From Lingula anatina (Eukaryota > Animalia > Brachiopoda): a stretch of 64,000 nucleotides of DNA. The notes under the pieces are model-generated. The model made no database searches. It was not told where the DNA came from and saw only the letters and a list, made by a program, of their open reading frames with translations. The stretch lies in assembly GCA_051362555.1 (NCBI GenBank), contig CM120648.1, forward strand, positions 3,654,587-3,718,586. Reading direction: 5' to 3'. The translations under genes and the position numbers were made by a program. Of this stretch, positions 1 through 14,900 are shown in pieces (position 1 is the first letter of the stretch; each line of letters opens with the position of its first letter).

Positions 1-8
1 GTCCACAG

Positions 9-3000
9 AATAATAACTGCGGCCCTGATAGAGGGTAGGCCAAACCGGGACGGTTTTAGCTTAAGCAAGCCTCTAAGAAGAGGTGATCATTAAAAACAAA
101 CCGTTCTAATGTGTAAAAGCTGGTGCGGTTCCCAATCTAGCAATCACTGACCTACACAAAATGTGACTTAAATTTGGTGCAATACAGTTAAGTACAGTAA
201 AAGCTGACTTAAGGCGTTTTGGATTCCATTTATAACCAAAACTGAACTCCTTCTGTTGAATTGCGTGGCCCAAAACTGGCAAGAGGGCTTCTGTTTTTCA
301 CTTTAATTGTTTTCATTTCATGTTTCAACAGCGTGTTTGATATCGACCCCGTCGCAATACGAGTACAAATTTGTTCGGGACGTTTCACGTGAAACCAATG
401 CCACATTTGAGGTGAAGGCGGCAGAAAATGCTCACATCATCCTGGCACCTGATTTGGCTTTGCAGACAGATACAAGCGGAAGGGTAGGTTATATTTCCCA
501 GTGAGTTCTCAAAAGTATCTCTATTTGTTTATAAATTTAAAAACCAAGGTCCGTTTCCGGTACAACTAAGCACATTGCCAGGAAGATTGCTTGTAATATA
601 TATTATCATTTTTATGTACAGACACAGATGTGTCTGTACATATAGCCGTCATCTGCGTCTGTCGTCGCCGTCGTCGCCGTCGTCGCCGTGCACTTTTACC
701 GATAACACGATAAGTGGAAAACTGTTTTTTCTTTTGGCTTGAAACTTACAGAACTGATGAATATTCATAATACGCAGGTCAAGTTCGAAAATCAGCATGA
801 TCGGGTCACTTATAGGGAATTTATGCTGTTTTTTCACTTTTTTCAGCATATATGCAGCACCGATAACACGATAAGTGGAAAACCGTTTTACCTTTTGGCT
901 TGAAACTTACAGAACTGATGAATATTTATAATACGCAGGTCAAGTTCGAAAAAAAGCACGATCGATAAGTGGAAGGCAGTTTTACTTTTTGGCTGTATAT
1001 TTACAGAGCTGATGAATATTCATAAAACGCAGGTCAAGTTCGAAAATCAGCATGCTCGGGCCATTATTGTAGAAGTTATGCTGTTTTTTCACTTTTCAGC
1101 ATATATGCAACACTGTAAACACATTTCAAGGAAAACTGATAGGCCTGTTGTCATGAAACTCACAGGAGTAATCAATCTTACTAAAACGCAGGTCAAGTTT
1201 GAAAATAGGCATGTTCGGGCCACTATTTTAGTAGTTATGCTTTTTTTCACTTTTCAGCATATATGCAACACTGTAAACACAATATAAGAAAAACAGATAG
1301 GCCAATTGTCATTAAACTCACAGGAGTGGTCATTCCTGCTAAAACACAGGTTGAGTTTAAAAATCAGCATAATCGGGCCATTTTTTTAAAGAAATGCCGT
1401 TTTTTCACATTTCCTCAGATTCAATTCTTAGGCATGTTAACAGTTTCATAATTTAATTAACAAGATACATAAAAGTGTTTGTTTGGCATTTCCTGCATCT
1501 TTACAACATTGTTAGTTGATTATGTAAAAATGATGGTAAACTTGTTATCGTGTATTGTGTAATTAAGTTTCAAAAATGGAAATAAACTCATATCATTGCA
1601 GTTTGACAGATTCAATCATTCACTATGTTCAGAATCTCAGAATGGAAGAAATTGGACATTTAACACTGCTCTATTGATGTTATTCCCATCTCATCAATTT
1701 TCCTAATTGATCATATAAAACGGCAGTAAACTATTAATTTTGTTTTATGTTAAAAATTGTTAAAAATGGGGAAAAAACATTTCAGAACAGTACTGTCTTG
1801 TTTACATTTTGGCATTTTCAAGTTGTGACTTTGAAGTTCCATGGGCCTGAAGACCTTTGCTTGTCACATTTTCTGAATATCCATAATACTAATATTTTAT
1901 TATTAAAATTGATGGTCATTATGCTGTTAAACATTATGTAATATTGCATCAAAATTTGAAAAAAAAAGCTATTTTGGGCACTGCTCCTTGATGACCATTT
2001 AAGAAAAAACATTCCACTTACTGTCCTCAAACTTACAGGAAAGAAACATGGGATTAAAATACAGCTTCAGTAGGCAATGCAGCCTGTTTGGCAATTCTTA
2101 CTGCCAGTTAAACAGTTTTTTTGTGAAAATTTAATTTTTCACATATTGGCATTTTCAAGGTGTGACCTTGAAGTTCCACAGGCTTGAAGACCCATGCTAG
2201 TCACATTTTCTGAAAATCCAAGATACGTATATTTTATTATTAAAAATTGACGGTCATTATGCTGTTAACCATTATGTAATATGGCATCAGAATAGAAGAA
2301 AACACAATTTTGGGTGCTGCTGCCATGATGACCATTATGGGAAAACCATGTTACTTATGATTGCCAAACTTTCAAAAAAGAAATACAGGACTAAAATGCA
2401 GCTGGAGTTGGAAAAGCAGTCTAATTGGCTTCCTTTTTCTGGAAGTTATACATTTTCAAAGTGTGAACTTGTTACACATTTTACTTACATTGATATTACC
2501 TGTTGAGCATAATTAAAATTTGATGTTGAATTTGCAGTTTAACATAATGTACTTTTGCATCAGAATTGACAGTACCCTATTTTGTGCATAGTTATTTCCT
2601 GTTTTTTGTCTGTACATTTGACAGCTTTGCTGCCTTGTTATTTGCTGCCTTTACAAACCTTTGTTTCCTTGGGTTTTGTCACTACCAGATTAAAACACAA
2701 TTACCCAACGAACTAGTTGTGGTAATTCTGGTTTCTTCGTGGTTTGTTTTGCAGACCGGGGCGCCTGGCTTTGAGATTGTCATTGGCGACAACAAGAACT
2801 CAGAATCATGTATTCGCAATGGAACCCAAGGCCCCTGCCTAGTGACTGTGAAGACCCCGAACATTCTTGACGGGAATGGCAAGCTTTCCTTTTGGGTATC
2901 GTGGGCAAAAGGTTAGCAAAGAGTCCCAGCAACAAGTCCTTCTTCTTTAATGGAAAATCGACACAGTTATTAACGACAAAAATATCCAATTTGAAAGTCT

Positions 3001-4753
3001 GTCAATCTAATGTGGCTAGTTCTATGTCACAGGGCAAAAATTACAGGCGTCAATGTAACTAAACCATTTAAGTGAAGTTTGTAACTTTTCTGTTTAGGAG
3101 TTATAAAAGTTGGGCGTGGCAAAGTTGTGGGCGTCGACACCTTCATGCAGTGGAAGTCCCCCGGCTCAGTCGACGTGCGTAAGATGTTTGTGGCAACCGG
3201 TTTTGGAGCCAAAGGCGAATGGCAGTTTCCAGTTTGCGACAAAGGTAACTAGAGAGAACTGCAACAATATTTGATCATTTGTATGTAATTGTTGTCTACG
3301 CAAATGATACAATGTTAAGAAGGTGATTTCGATTTTTAGGTGAAATGATATAATAAAAATCATTATTTACTAAGGGACTAAATATTATAATGTTATGCTG
3401 CAATTGTTCTTGTTTCACAATAAGTATACATTTTGGCAAAGCAGTGACTGCTGAAATTGAATAACCGGTAACATTAAAGGGATAACAACTCTTCGTTTAG
3501 GCCAAAAAATGAATTTTCCTGGAATAAACAACAATTTTCCATACTTACCAATGGTTAATGAATCCATTTTTACATTCAAAGTTAGTCCCTGGTTTTTTTC
3601 TAAAAAGTTTAGTTTTTTGTTAAAATCTCTGAAGAGATTTTAACAGAGTATAGCTATCAATGGAGGTCACGTGGTCCAAAGACAAGCTCAGATATCAGAA
3701 TAATAGCTATAACTGCCGTTTTTGTGGTAAAACAGAATATATTATATTTCTATGAGTTATTCACAATGTTTTTATTGTGGAATATAGATCTCATACGAAG
3801 AGTTATTATCCCTTTAAGTGGACATTGATATTAAGTTCGAAAAGCATTCTACTGGCTTGTGGTCCTTTTAAGCAAAAATACATGTAGTTAGATATATGTT
3901 TATATGCTTGGCTCTACTAAATTGACAATAGACATAGTCTGGTGACATATCGTAGCCCAATAAAATCACGGTTTGCTTTTTGGTTTGATTGAAAAAAGTA
4001 TTTAAGATTGCATTAGAAATGCAGTTTAGTTGGATACAATTCTAAGCAGTCAGTGCTTAGAACAAATGTGGAGTAGTCGATTTGTTAAACAGGGCGTTCA
4101 AGAATGCGAATGCGGCGATTGAAATAGTTGATTGTAGTATCCTTTACAGATGGGTAAGTTTTTGTAAGGTTCTTCAACCAAGATCTGTAGTTGCACCGCC
4201 CCTTCGCGAGGTACCTGTTCACGATGAGGCATGCGACATTTTCCAAAGTAAAGTTATATGTCTATTGGTCCGAAAAACTCTACTGAAGGAGTTTTTGATA
4301 GTTCCATTTTACCATCTTTCTGTACCAGCTTTCGCCTTTAAACTGTGTTGCTAACTGGTAAAAGAAATTGTATTTGTTGTACATTAACGAGTCTTCTTTT
4401 ACAGAGTGTGGCAAGGATGTCAATGCGGACGTTCTGTTCGTTATTGATGAATCGGGAAGCGTAGGGCGCGTCAATAATGAAAAATTGAAAAAGTTTTTAG
4501 CCGATTTGGTCCTTCAGCTACCCGTGGCGCAAGACAAGATCAGGGTTGGAGTTATCAGTTTTTCTACCCGTGTAAGACATCACTTTTCTTTGAACCAATT
4601 CGACAAACCACGTGACGTTGCAGACGCCATTATGAACATGAATTATTCTTCCGGTGGGACAAACACTGCGGACGCTTTGTGGTATGCTCAACGGGTAACG
4701 TATCAAGAATCCTTAACAACATTGCTTTGACGGATTTTGTTTATTCATTTCTC

Positions 4754-4794
<41 letters not shown>

Positions 4795-5906
4795 TCAGCC
4801 AAACTATGTAATAATTCAATTATGCTATTGACTCAGAAAGGTGTCTTATAAACAATATCTATAATTGAATAATGTCTATATGATAAATGTCTGTTATAGT
4901 TGACTAAAATACCGGAGTGTGTGTGTGCGTGTGAGTGTGCCACTCCAAGGTGAAATGAAAAAACAATTACTAACATGGCTCACTACAAAATTAATTGGAG
5001 AAACTAAAGTATATACCCTTTTTTCTTTACTAGACCTCTTTTTCCAAAGCTTCGGGGGACAGAAGCACAGCGCCTAATTTGTTGTTTCTGTTTACTGATG
5101 GGTACTCGGTGCAGAGCCCAGTATCTGCGGCAGGAAATGCCACCAAAGCTGGAATAGAGGTGCGTTTAAATTGCAAAGACGAATGCCCCCCCCCCCCCCC
5201 CTCCAACGAATCTTTGCTTGCCTCGTCCCTACACTTGGATTCGATGTTTTATTTCAGTTATTTATGTAATGGTTTACTTCCAAATGGCTGATCAGTCATT
5301 TAGAATACCATTTCGTCTTGTATATTTCAGAAGGTACCATCGACATCAGTAACTTTTCCTTTTTTATGAGGGGGGAATATAGTTTTTTAAGTCTGAATTG
5401 GGAGATTTAAGCAGCCTTGCGTGATATGTAGACATAGAAAAGATGCCTTTGGAAAATTGGCAAACGCGTACAGAGTACTAATAAATTTTGGCTCTCTTTT
5501 ACGAAAATACACCCCATAACCTTTTTGTTTTACTTCTAGATATTCACAATAGGCATTGGAAGAGGCGTGTCGATTCCGGAAATTACGCAGATTGCCAGCG
5601 AGCCAAAGATCGATCACGTGTTTACAGTGGCGGGATTTGACGCCCTGACAACCATTAAGAACACACTGGGAGCAAAGTTTTGCGCTGTTAAAGGTGGGTC
5701 AACCGCGAATCAAAAACCTTGAAATCGTGCAAGAATACTATCTCCAGCTTTGCCATCCCTCTTTAAGACCACAGGTTGATTTTCGGTACAGGGGTCCAGC
5801 TAGGCGACTAGCATGGAATTGACGCCATCACTCAGTTTGTCTGATCTGGGAGATCTATAGTGTCGCTCCTTACTTTGCGATGAGTTCAAAAAAGACACTG
5901 AAAACA

Positions 5907-5938
<32 letters not shown>

Positions 5939-8900
5939 TGTTTGTTGTTTCCAGTAAACTGCAGAGGCGTGTTGGTACTAGGTAGTAGAGATGTAGAGTT
6001 CCAGTGTTTTCTGAAACTCGGGGTGGCCAGCTGAGACACGAGAACACAATAGTCACATTTGAAAAGACGACTCGCTTATTTATATGAAAAAATGGTTGTA
6101 TTGTGCCTATATCGCAATGTTGTAGTATATTTTTGCAATGTGGTTTTGTTAATGTGTGTGCGTGCGTGACAGTAGTAGTTTTTAGTAGTGCTTTGTATCA
6201 TTTATTTCTTGACTCCAGTAAATCTTTTTTTTTTTTTTTTTTTTTTTTGGCAAAAGAAAAAAAACTGTCGTAGGTGAGGCGTAAGCAATTCTGCAGCTCA
6301 TTACGTGTTTTGCACTCTCTTCCTTAGACAACAGCTTCTGGAAGACAGGAGAGACCAAAAACGTGCTTAACATCATTCCTAAATCCAAAACTTGCAAGAG
6401 AGGCATACGGGCTTCCGTGGCCTTGGGGTCTCCCATGGGTAACGACGCCACCAGGACCATTGACGTCGACTTCCCGATGAATTTTACCGAAAAACCTTAT
6501 GTACAGGTAATGTAGAGATCGCATTCAGTGCGAATGTTGATGCTGTGTTTTGTCAAAAACTGTTAGATAAAGAATGTGTCGTATATAAAATATAATATTA
6601 TTAAACAAATGAAACACAGCCCTCAGTGAATTAGTCATGGGTACGTGCTCTATTTGATTTATTATCCCATCATCATTTGTTATTGTCCACCAAAGTATGA
6701 AGGAATGACAGCAATGATACAGGTAGTGTCAGCTAAATTTAGTCTCAGCTATGCTTACAGTAATTCTGCTAATCTCCTTAATATTTTAGTGAACCATGAA
6801 GTGAACCATGAGAAATTAATTTGAAATGTGACTCTGTAATGATATAATAATATAATGTAGGTTACTTCTTGGTATAGACGTCGTTGATATTATTGACTTA
6901 CCAAAATTTTCATGGGAAGTACTCAGTAAATCTGCTTGAAATTAACTTTTTTAGTAAAACGAGGTCTTGCAAAAGTGAATTGTAATAGTGTTTAGAAGTA
7001 AAACCCAGGCAAAATTTACAGAATAGGGTAATAATGTTCCTGACCCTTCAGAGGTCTAGCATTCTACAAGCGGTATAATAAATTGACATGTACCAGTATG
7101 TAGACATTGCACAAAGAGCTTGGAATAGTTTAACAATTTATATATGTAAAAAGTACATGCACTAGTATGACTCGTGGTTGTGCTCCAGGCCCACGTCAAA
7201 GGACACCAAACATACGAGGACAAGTGGGAAACGAAAATTGTCGATGTTACGCCTACTGGCTTCAAGGTGGAGGTGAAGAGGGTATTTAAAAAGAATGTAA
7301 ATTATCCTCCGAATCTCCCCAAGTCGAAATTGGACCCTCGCATGGAAACACCAACACTGGAATATGTGGCTTACTTAGGTTCGTCGTGTGTGTTTGTGTG
7401 TTTGGGCGCGTGTTTGTCGATCATTGCAACATAAATGATTGGCGTTTAATTGTGCTATTAATGTATCAATTGTTACCAGGAATTCGATAATGTTTGAGGA
7501 TGTTTTGGGAGTTTAGTTCTTCATCTATAAGCTGCATCTTGTGCTGAAAAGATGTTTATTTAGCATTTTAAGAAATACAAAGTTACTATCTACCTATCTG
7601 TTCTATTCTATTCTTCACCCCTTTGGTTATTTATTTATTTACAACAATTACGCGTAGATATCATGTTCAAAGTACTTTTAGTGTAATAGTGGACCTTCAT
7701 CACGTAATACGCAATTAAATGTTTTGTACAATGTAGCAACTTTGCTTAACTCAAGCATTACGGAGTGTTGCACGTTTTGCAAAAATTAGTCCAGTAATAA
7801 TTTATCACCCTCTGTACCGCAGGCCCAGTGTGTTTCCAAACTGATGTTGTTAATGTCGGTCCTAGTTCAACCCCCACCAAGGTCATCAAGGTCACGTTTC
7901 CAAACGCATTCACTATCCCACCATTAGTGAATTTTAAGGTCAAAGGCCAGGAGAGAGGATTTCTGGAACAATATAAAGGTATAGTGAGTGATGTCGTACA
8001 TTGCCGCGTGTGCTATCTAATGATGGCAATCAGTAGATCGTTTCTACGCAATATATTCAGAGATCGATATAATCTTGATTCGGTTATAGGGCAGTTTTGA
8101 TGAAACACGACAACTTCCTCTTGGTATGTATGTCAATGTATTGTACATTGCCCCCTACTACGAAATATGCCTTGAACGCCTCTCGCTGACTCTCGTTGAG
8201 TTCTGGCATATATCGTTCTTTTGACAGTGTACAATCTCACATTTAACACCTCACAAGCAAAAAAAAAAGTTTGGCGGATATCACATTTGCACGGAAAACG
8301 GCAGAGGGCGAAGAAGAAGTGGAATATTTCATCTAAGACAGATTAATTTTTTACCAGTATTAGAGTACATCTATGCCATCTCAGATGCCTCATTGTAAAT
8401 AAGCTCAGTGATTTGAGGAGAGTAATTATGAGAATGGAGATGTTCCATTATTATTATTAAGTATTACAGGTTTGCATTACCACGCTTTCAGACATACATG
8501 CTACTTTATAATGCCATAGTAACACGTATCATCATGGTAAGGCAGTTGCCCCTTCTCCCGGATGTTTTTGAAAAAAATCTGTACAAAGTGTTTTGTCCCT
8601 CGCTTTTCCTTCAGTTGACGGCTAGATGAGTAATCCAACTGAATGTATATGTAGACCTTGATCAACTTCCAACCATTAATTTTTCAGTGTACGGCCCTGA
8701 TGATAGAATCTGTGGGCAGTGTTGCCACTTACAACATCTTACTGGCACTTACATTTACAGAGGATACGTTTTCCGTCGTGTAGATCTGGGAAAGAAATAT
8801 GGAATTTTGTTATGTTTTCTACAGGTAAAATAATTAAAGTTACGAAGACTGGATTTGAAATTGAGGTCACCAAATCTGACAACAAACCATGGACCCAAGA

Positions 8901-11900
8901 AACGGTTGACCTAATTTGGGAGGCAGAACTCGGTAAGGCGTCTAAACGGCAATTCATTTACATATGCGGTGATTATCCACACGATATATAAGGTTTCAAT
9001 TCACAGAAGGAAGTGCAACATTACCACGTCACATATATTTTTAACTACCACATATATTTCTTATCGTCATTTTAACATTACCAAAAGCATTATAAACAAA
9101 AGAACAACTTGCATTAAGAAATATGAAGTTTACAATCCTTTGCACACGCAAAAACTATATACAAGGCATATTGGGATCCATTGTATACCGCACGGAGATG
9201 CAGTGGAGTACAGTATTTTAGATGCAGACTTTTATGTTATTTAATCCTGTTCACAATGCGGCGTTCTTTCAGGTCCGTGTACTTGTAGAGCCGTTGGTGA
9301 TCCCCATTTCCAAACCTGTGACGGGCAGCAGATCCATTTCCAGGTAAAAAAAAGGGAAATTAAAATTGCTCGGTAGAGCAAGGACTTGTGAACTATAATG
9401 AATTAATCTAGCATAAATAAAATAACATATCGTAAAAACAAAGGAACGATTTATAATGGCACTGAGTACAATATAAAATCTCTGACAATACGAGTGCGTT
9501 GGAAAGAAGAGGCCTGTTAGTCTGTTCGACCGACTGCATACATTGAGAGTCCCAGTGTAGTAGGCTACGCATATTACCTAGTTCGACAAAATGCATTGTG
9601 AACGGTCATCTAATTAGGTACGGCGTCCGTTTTATATACTCACATTTCATGTTTCACCTCAGGGCACGTGCACTTACGTCATGGCTGCCGTGTGTAGCTG
9701 TAATAGAAACCTGCCGCGTTTTGAGGTACGGGTTAAACCAGAGCGCCGGCACGGGAGCACTATGTCATGGACTCGTTATGTTGAAGCAAGCCTCGGGCCG
9801 GTGGTAGTGAGGCTGGGGCCGGGAAAGAATGTCACGGTAATATTTTTTATTGTTATTTCGACAGTTATTATTTATGAAACCCTTATTTCCATGGTGATAG
9901 ATTTCTTCAATAATGTAGACTGAATACAAGCAAATATGTTTAAACATATTTTTTTAAAATTTTGTTTTAAGATTAGCAATGCATGATGATAGTATGGTGT
10001 GCAGATAATTGTGCTAGTGATGGCATTATTGTTATATCTGTTTATCATTTTAATTTCATCCCCAAGGTCATAGAACTTAGTAAAGATCATTGTAAGTCAG
10101 TTAAAAATAGGAGGTAAACAGTGACAGACATTCTGTTGTCACAAATAGTTTGTTGATCAGTAGAAATCTTTATATTCAATTGGCCGTATGTGAACTAAAT
10201 AATCTGATACTTCTTGTTTTTCGAACAGCGTTTAAGTTCCAGTATTTCGAAGGTCTGTTTGATTATATTTTTAAGGCACAGAAGGCTCTAAGCGGCAGAA
10301 GCATCTTTAAGTATATGGACAATTGATTTTTTTTCATTCGTTCCCGATGTTTGGTGTGTTGCGCATCCCATGAAGGAACATTGCTTTCAACTGAATGAAA
10401 AGTACCAGAATAGTGGAGGAAAAAATCTCATTGTTATTTTAAAACTGTATTTTTATATTAAAAAAATTAAAAATAACGTATTTACACTGACTCCACAGGT
10501 CAACGGCCTGGCGAAGAAGGTTCCATTTTCGGCTGCCAGCGTCCCGTACTATAACTTCACCGTAGACTGGAACAATGAATTAGCACTGGTGACAGATTTT
10601 GGGCTGAAGTTAACATTCAATTACAGAACAGCCGGATTTAACTTGGAAATACCGATGGAGTACAGTAACCAACTGTGTGGGATATGTGGTAATTTTGACG
10701 GCAACAAGGGGAACGATCTGAGGTAATTATTCAACATGATTAACACGCCTCCTCTTGTTTCCAGAAAACTTGTAAAAACACCTTTTTTTATTCAACTCAA
10801 CGCCAGGAGAAGGCGTGTTAATCTATTAAACTGATAACATTCACTGTGAGTCCCTGCGGAGTTAGATCGATTTACGTAGACCGATAGTTTCAGTGGGAAT
10901 GTGCCCTTAATCATCTATACTATTTGAGTATGACTGAATGAACATTTTTGATTAAATTCTGTCAAAGGCGAAGGTAGTATTGTGGTGAAAAGATTCAAGG
11001 AACATCTCTTCTTCATGAGAACTCTTAACGTTTCTTAACACATGTAAATCCATGGTAATTGTTTCAGTTTTGATGAAGGGAGTTTTACATTTTGTCTTAA
11101 TTGAAACACAAGAGAAAACACTGGTCTTATAGTCCAAAATTTGGATACTATATAAAATGATTTAAATTGTTTTGGAAAAATCAGTGCTTTATTAACCCAG
11201 AAATATAAATTTCAATATTTTTTGTAATATTTTTTAATAATCAGTCTATCAAACATTCTCTAATAAAATTAGTATTAAATTTCAGAATGAAAAACGGCCA
11301 GGTTATTGAGACGCTGTCAGTCTCGACGCAAGATAAATACGACTTGGTCGGCAACAGCTGGGAGACGTACGATCAGTCAGGGGATCCAAGGTGAGTAGAA
11401 TGTTACCGGTGGTTGTCACGGGCGCATTTCCACAGACGTTGTGACCGCAAAGCTCATTGTATCTCCGCAAAGCATATTATCGTGGGGTTTTTTTTGTTTG
11501 TTTGTTTGTTTGTTTTTTTAACATAATCGTTTTGGTACGATTTTAGCCGTTATGATAGACATTGTGCGTTTACAAGCTTTTACACCAGAAAGTTGCAAGT
11601 TGAACCCCTGAGGATAACAAGGGGAAATGCGTAACAGTAATCTACTGACTTATTGCCAATTTCAGGTGTAACAAGGTGAGCAGTCAGAGACCTGCTTTGA
11701 TATGTCAGCCACCACCGATAATCACTACAACTACAACAACAACCCCCACGCCCACACCCACAATCACAACTACAACTCCCACAATCACAACCACAACTAC
11801 AACTCCCACAATCACAACCACAACTACAACTCCCACAATCACAACTACAACTTCAACTACAACTACAACTACGACTCCCACGCCTGTAACTACAACTACA

Positions 11901-14900
11901 ACCACAACTACGACTACCACCCTTTCTCCCCCTACATACTGCTCAAACTCTAAGTATTACGCCACTATCAAAGACATTTGCGGCTTCACGGATACGACAA
12001 CCAAGTGGAAAACGCTGGAGAAATGCGTGTCATATGGTAACAAAATAGACATCAGCCTGTATAAGGTGTCATGCGAGTCTGACGCATGCGCAGCTATGCC
12101 GGATACAACGACAGCGAAGGAGTACGCGTGTGATATTCTCGAGTTCCTTGCGCAGGAGTGTGAGAACAAGGTTGGAATACCTGTATTCTCGTATGGATGG
12201 AGGAACGAAACAAACTGCCGTAATTATTTTTTCTCTAAATTTTTAATTAACAGATACAGATAGTTAAATGTAATCAAATTCAAAGTTAAATTGATTATAG
12301 GCCTACATGGGTTATCGCAGATTGGTATACAAGTAGATATTTCACAGACACCTTAAAATGCATTTAATTATGTATTTTTTATTGGCAAACTGGGGCACAA
12401 AATTGATCTCCAAAACAGTAACATCAAGTAAAAAGTTCTGTGTTTGGCGTAAATATATAAATATATATCTAACATGTGATATGTTTGGAATGTTTGCCCC
12501 TCCACAGCGAAAAAATGTGACTCCGACAAAGAATATCAGACTAACGTCACTGAGTGTCAACCGGCGTGTCCCGGAGCCCCTCAGAACTGCGGCGACCCGA
12601 CTAAGATGGTGCCAGAATCTTGTGTGTGTAAACCGGGCACAATTCTGGACGGCACTGATTGCATTCAGCCAGCTAACTGTGTGCCTAAATGCTGGGATAA
12701 CGGGAATACGTATCAGGTAGGTTCCCTTATGTTGGATGATTTTGGATTAAACTTCCTACGAAAATAATACGATTTTCCAGTTAATAGCAGTGTAACATTT
12801 GCTACAAATTCAAAGTAATATGATGTTTGCAGTGGTGGACCTCTTGGTTAAATAGTCCTTGTGAGATAGCCAGTGCTAACTGAAATCCGCGGCACAATTG
12901 GCTTGCGCTTCAGCGGTCTACTTAATGTCTTCTCTAGCTGTTACAGTAATTATTTGTATTTAATAAGACCCCAGATAGAGGGAACTGAGGCCCTTGGTAC
13001 CCTCTGACACGATTCATGACTGTCGAACCCACTGTGCTCTTGGGGTATGATCATTTTAATCGATTTTTTTTTCTTTTTGTTTAGGATTATATGAAAACCA
13101 AATGGTTTGTAAAGGTGTCTTGGCCATTGGAAAGTCTTTGTTTACCAGTGACGCTTATTCCTAACATCCTTTCTTTTTCTTATATACAAGAGAAAGTACA
13201 AAAAAACTATTTCACCGAATGTAAAGTACATTCATTTATTCAAAGGTTGGGGACCAGCTTTTAATATGAAAACCAAATGGTTTGTAAAGGTGTCTTGGCC
13301 ATTGGAAAGTCTTTGTTTACCAGTGACGCTTATTCCTAACATCCTTTCTTTTTCTTATATACAAGAGAAAGTACAAAAAACCTATTTCACGGAATGTAAA
13401 GTACATTCATTTATTCAAAGGTTGGGGACCAGCTTTTAATCGACAACTGCAAGACAGAGATAACCTGCAATCTGGTCAACGGGAAGGCTTCTCTCTCCAA
13501 GAAAGCCGTGTCTTGCTCACCACCGCCATCTGCCGAGTGTAAGACCGCCAATGGGACCAGACAGTGTGTGTGCTTGCCAGGTTATACCGGCGATGGATAC
13601 AGCTGTTTACGTAAGCATCTTATTTTTTTTTTAACTTTAATAGCTGGCTTGCTCGTAATTTGCTGTCTAGGTCAGTTCTGTATGTAAAGCGGCCCTAAAC
13701 TGGCATATACCTGGGCTAGATCAAAACTGAAAGGCAGCAGTTACTTGCACTGAATCAGTGATGGTACATTTAGGCCCTATATTCCAAGTCAAGGCTGTAT
13801 ACATGCAGAAATATATATGAGCATAGGCCCCCTGTTGTATAGCTTTTAATTTTTCTTGTATAGCTTTATTTTAATTAATAGAAACGTCACCTATTTATTT
13901 AATTGTACTTTTTCCTGTTCCGATACAATAATTCCCGTTTTGTTCCTTCTAATGCCAATGTTACGTTGTCCGTAGATGCGATGTTAACTTTTTAAAATGT
14001 AATTGTTACTCATAGTTGTGTGAACATTGTTGCTATTTTAGCCAAGAAGACTGACCCGTGCAAGTCATATCCGTGTCAAAACAACGGGACGTGTCGTCCC
14101 ATGGGTGGGCCCGACTTCGCGTGTATCTGTGCTCCGGGTTAGTTGACATTTTTATTCATCCCACGTGATGTCTCAACTAACACAGTTTTAACATTTTACG
14201 CGCAGTCACATCAAACACAATGTCAAACACAATTTGCTGTCATATATACAACTAACACAGTGTCACCCTAAGCACGATCGCTTCCTATGACACTCGCTTA
14301 TATAGTTTAATGTATTTTTATTGTAGACCTTCTTTAATGATGATCTGTAACAAATTGCATAACATCACACTTAACTAAACAGTTTCTCGACAAATAATAG
14401 AAAAGTAGGTTTTTTTATGTAGCCCCAGATTCTTTTGTTCATTTATTTTCGCGGAAGCCCTTGCGAAAATTATGTTCTCATAACTATGATTAAAGGTATA
14501 TGTGGTATTTTTTATGATTACATTACTGTTTTTTTTTATTCATTAGTTTGTTTATTCATTCATTAATTTTTTGTTTTGTTATCAGGATACTCTGGTGAGT
14601 TCTGCCACAAGCTAAATCCGTGTGCCACCAATCCGTGCAAAAATGGCGGCATTTGCAAAGAAGACGCCACCAATTCCAAGTAAGAACTTCCATTAGTTAT
14701 AAACAGTATAGCCAGTTCGAAGTTGACAAAAGTACAAAGTTAATTTTTCTGAAAAAAAGAGTTGGAATGAGTTACGCATTTATAAACCAGAGGTCATTTT
14801 AACATTAGCAGGTGAAACAGAATTTGGTACACAATATTTCATCTCCTCGAAAGATGTTATAAGATACTTAGCCAAAATGGGACTTACGTCGACCAATAGT

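Noticed and set aside
649-2030. Short ORFs in the intronic tandem repeats
   Set aside because: Repeat-derived, inside the HINE element, with no domain motifs.
332-3244. A functional farnesoic acid O-methyltransferase enzyme
   Set aside because: No SAM-binding motif. The domain is one module of a secreted mosaic protein.
11702-11953. Poly-Val (minus strand) and Asn/His-rich ORFs
   Set aside because: These are shadow frames of the Thr-rich coding repeat.
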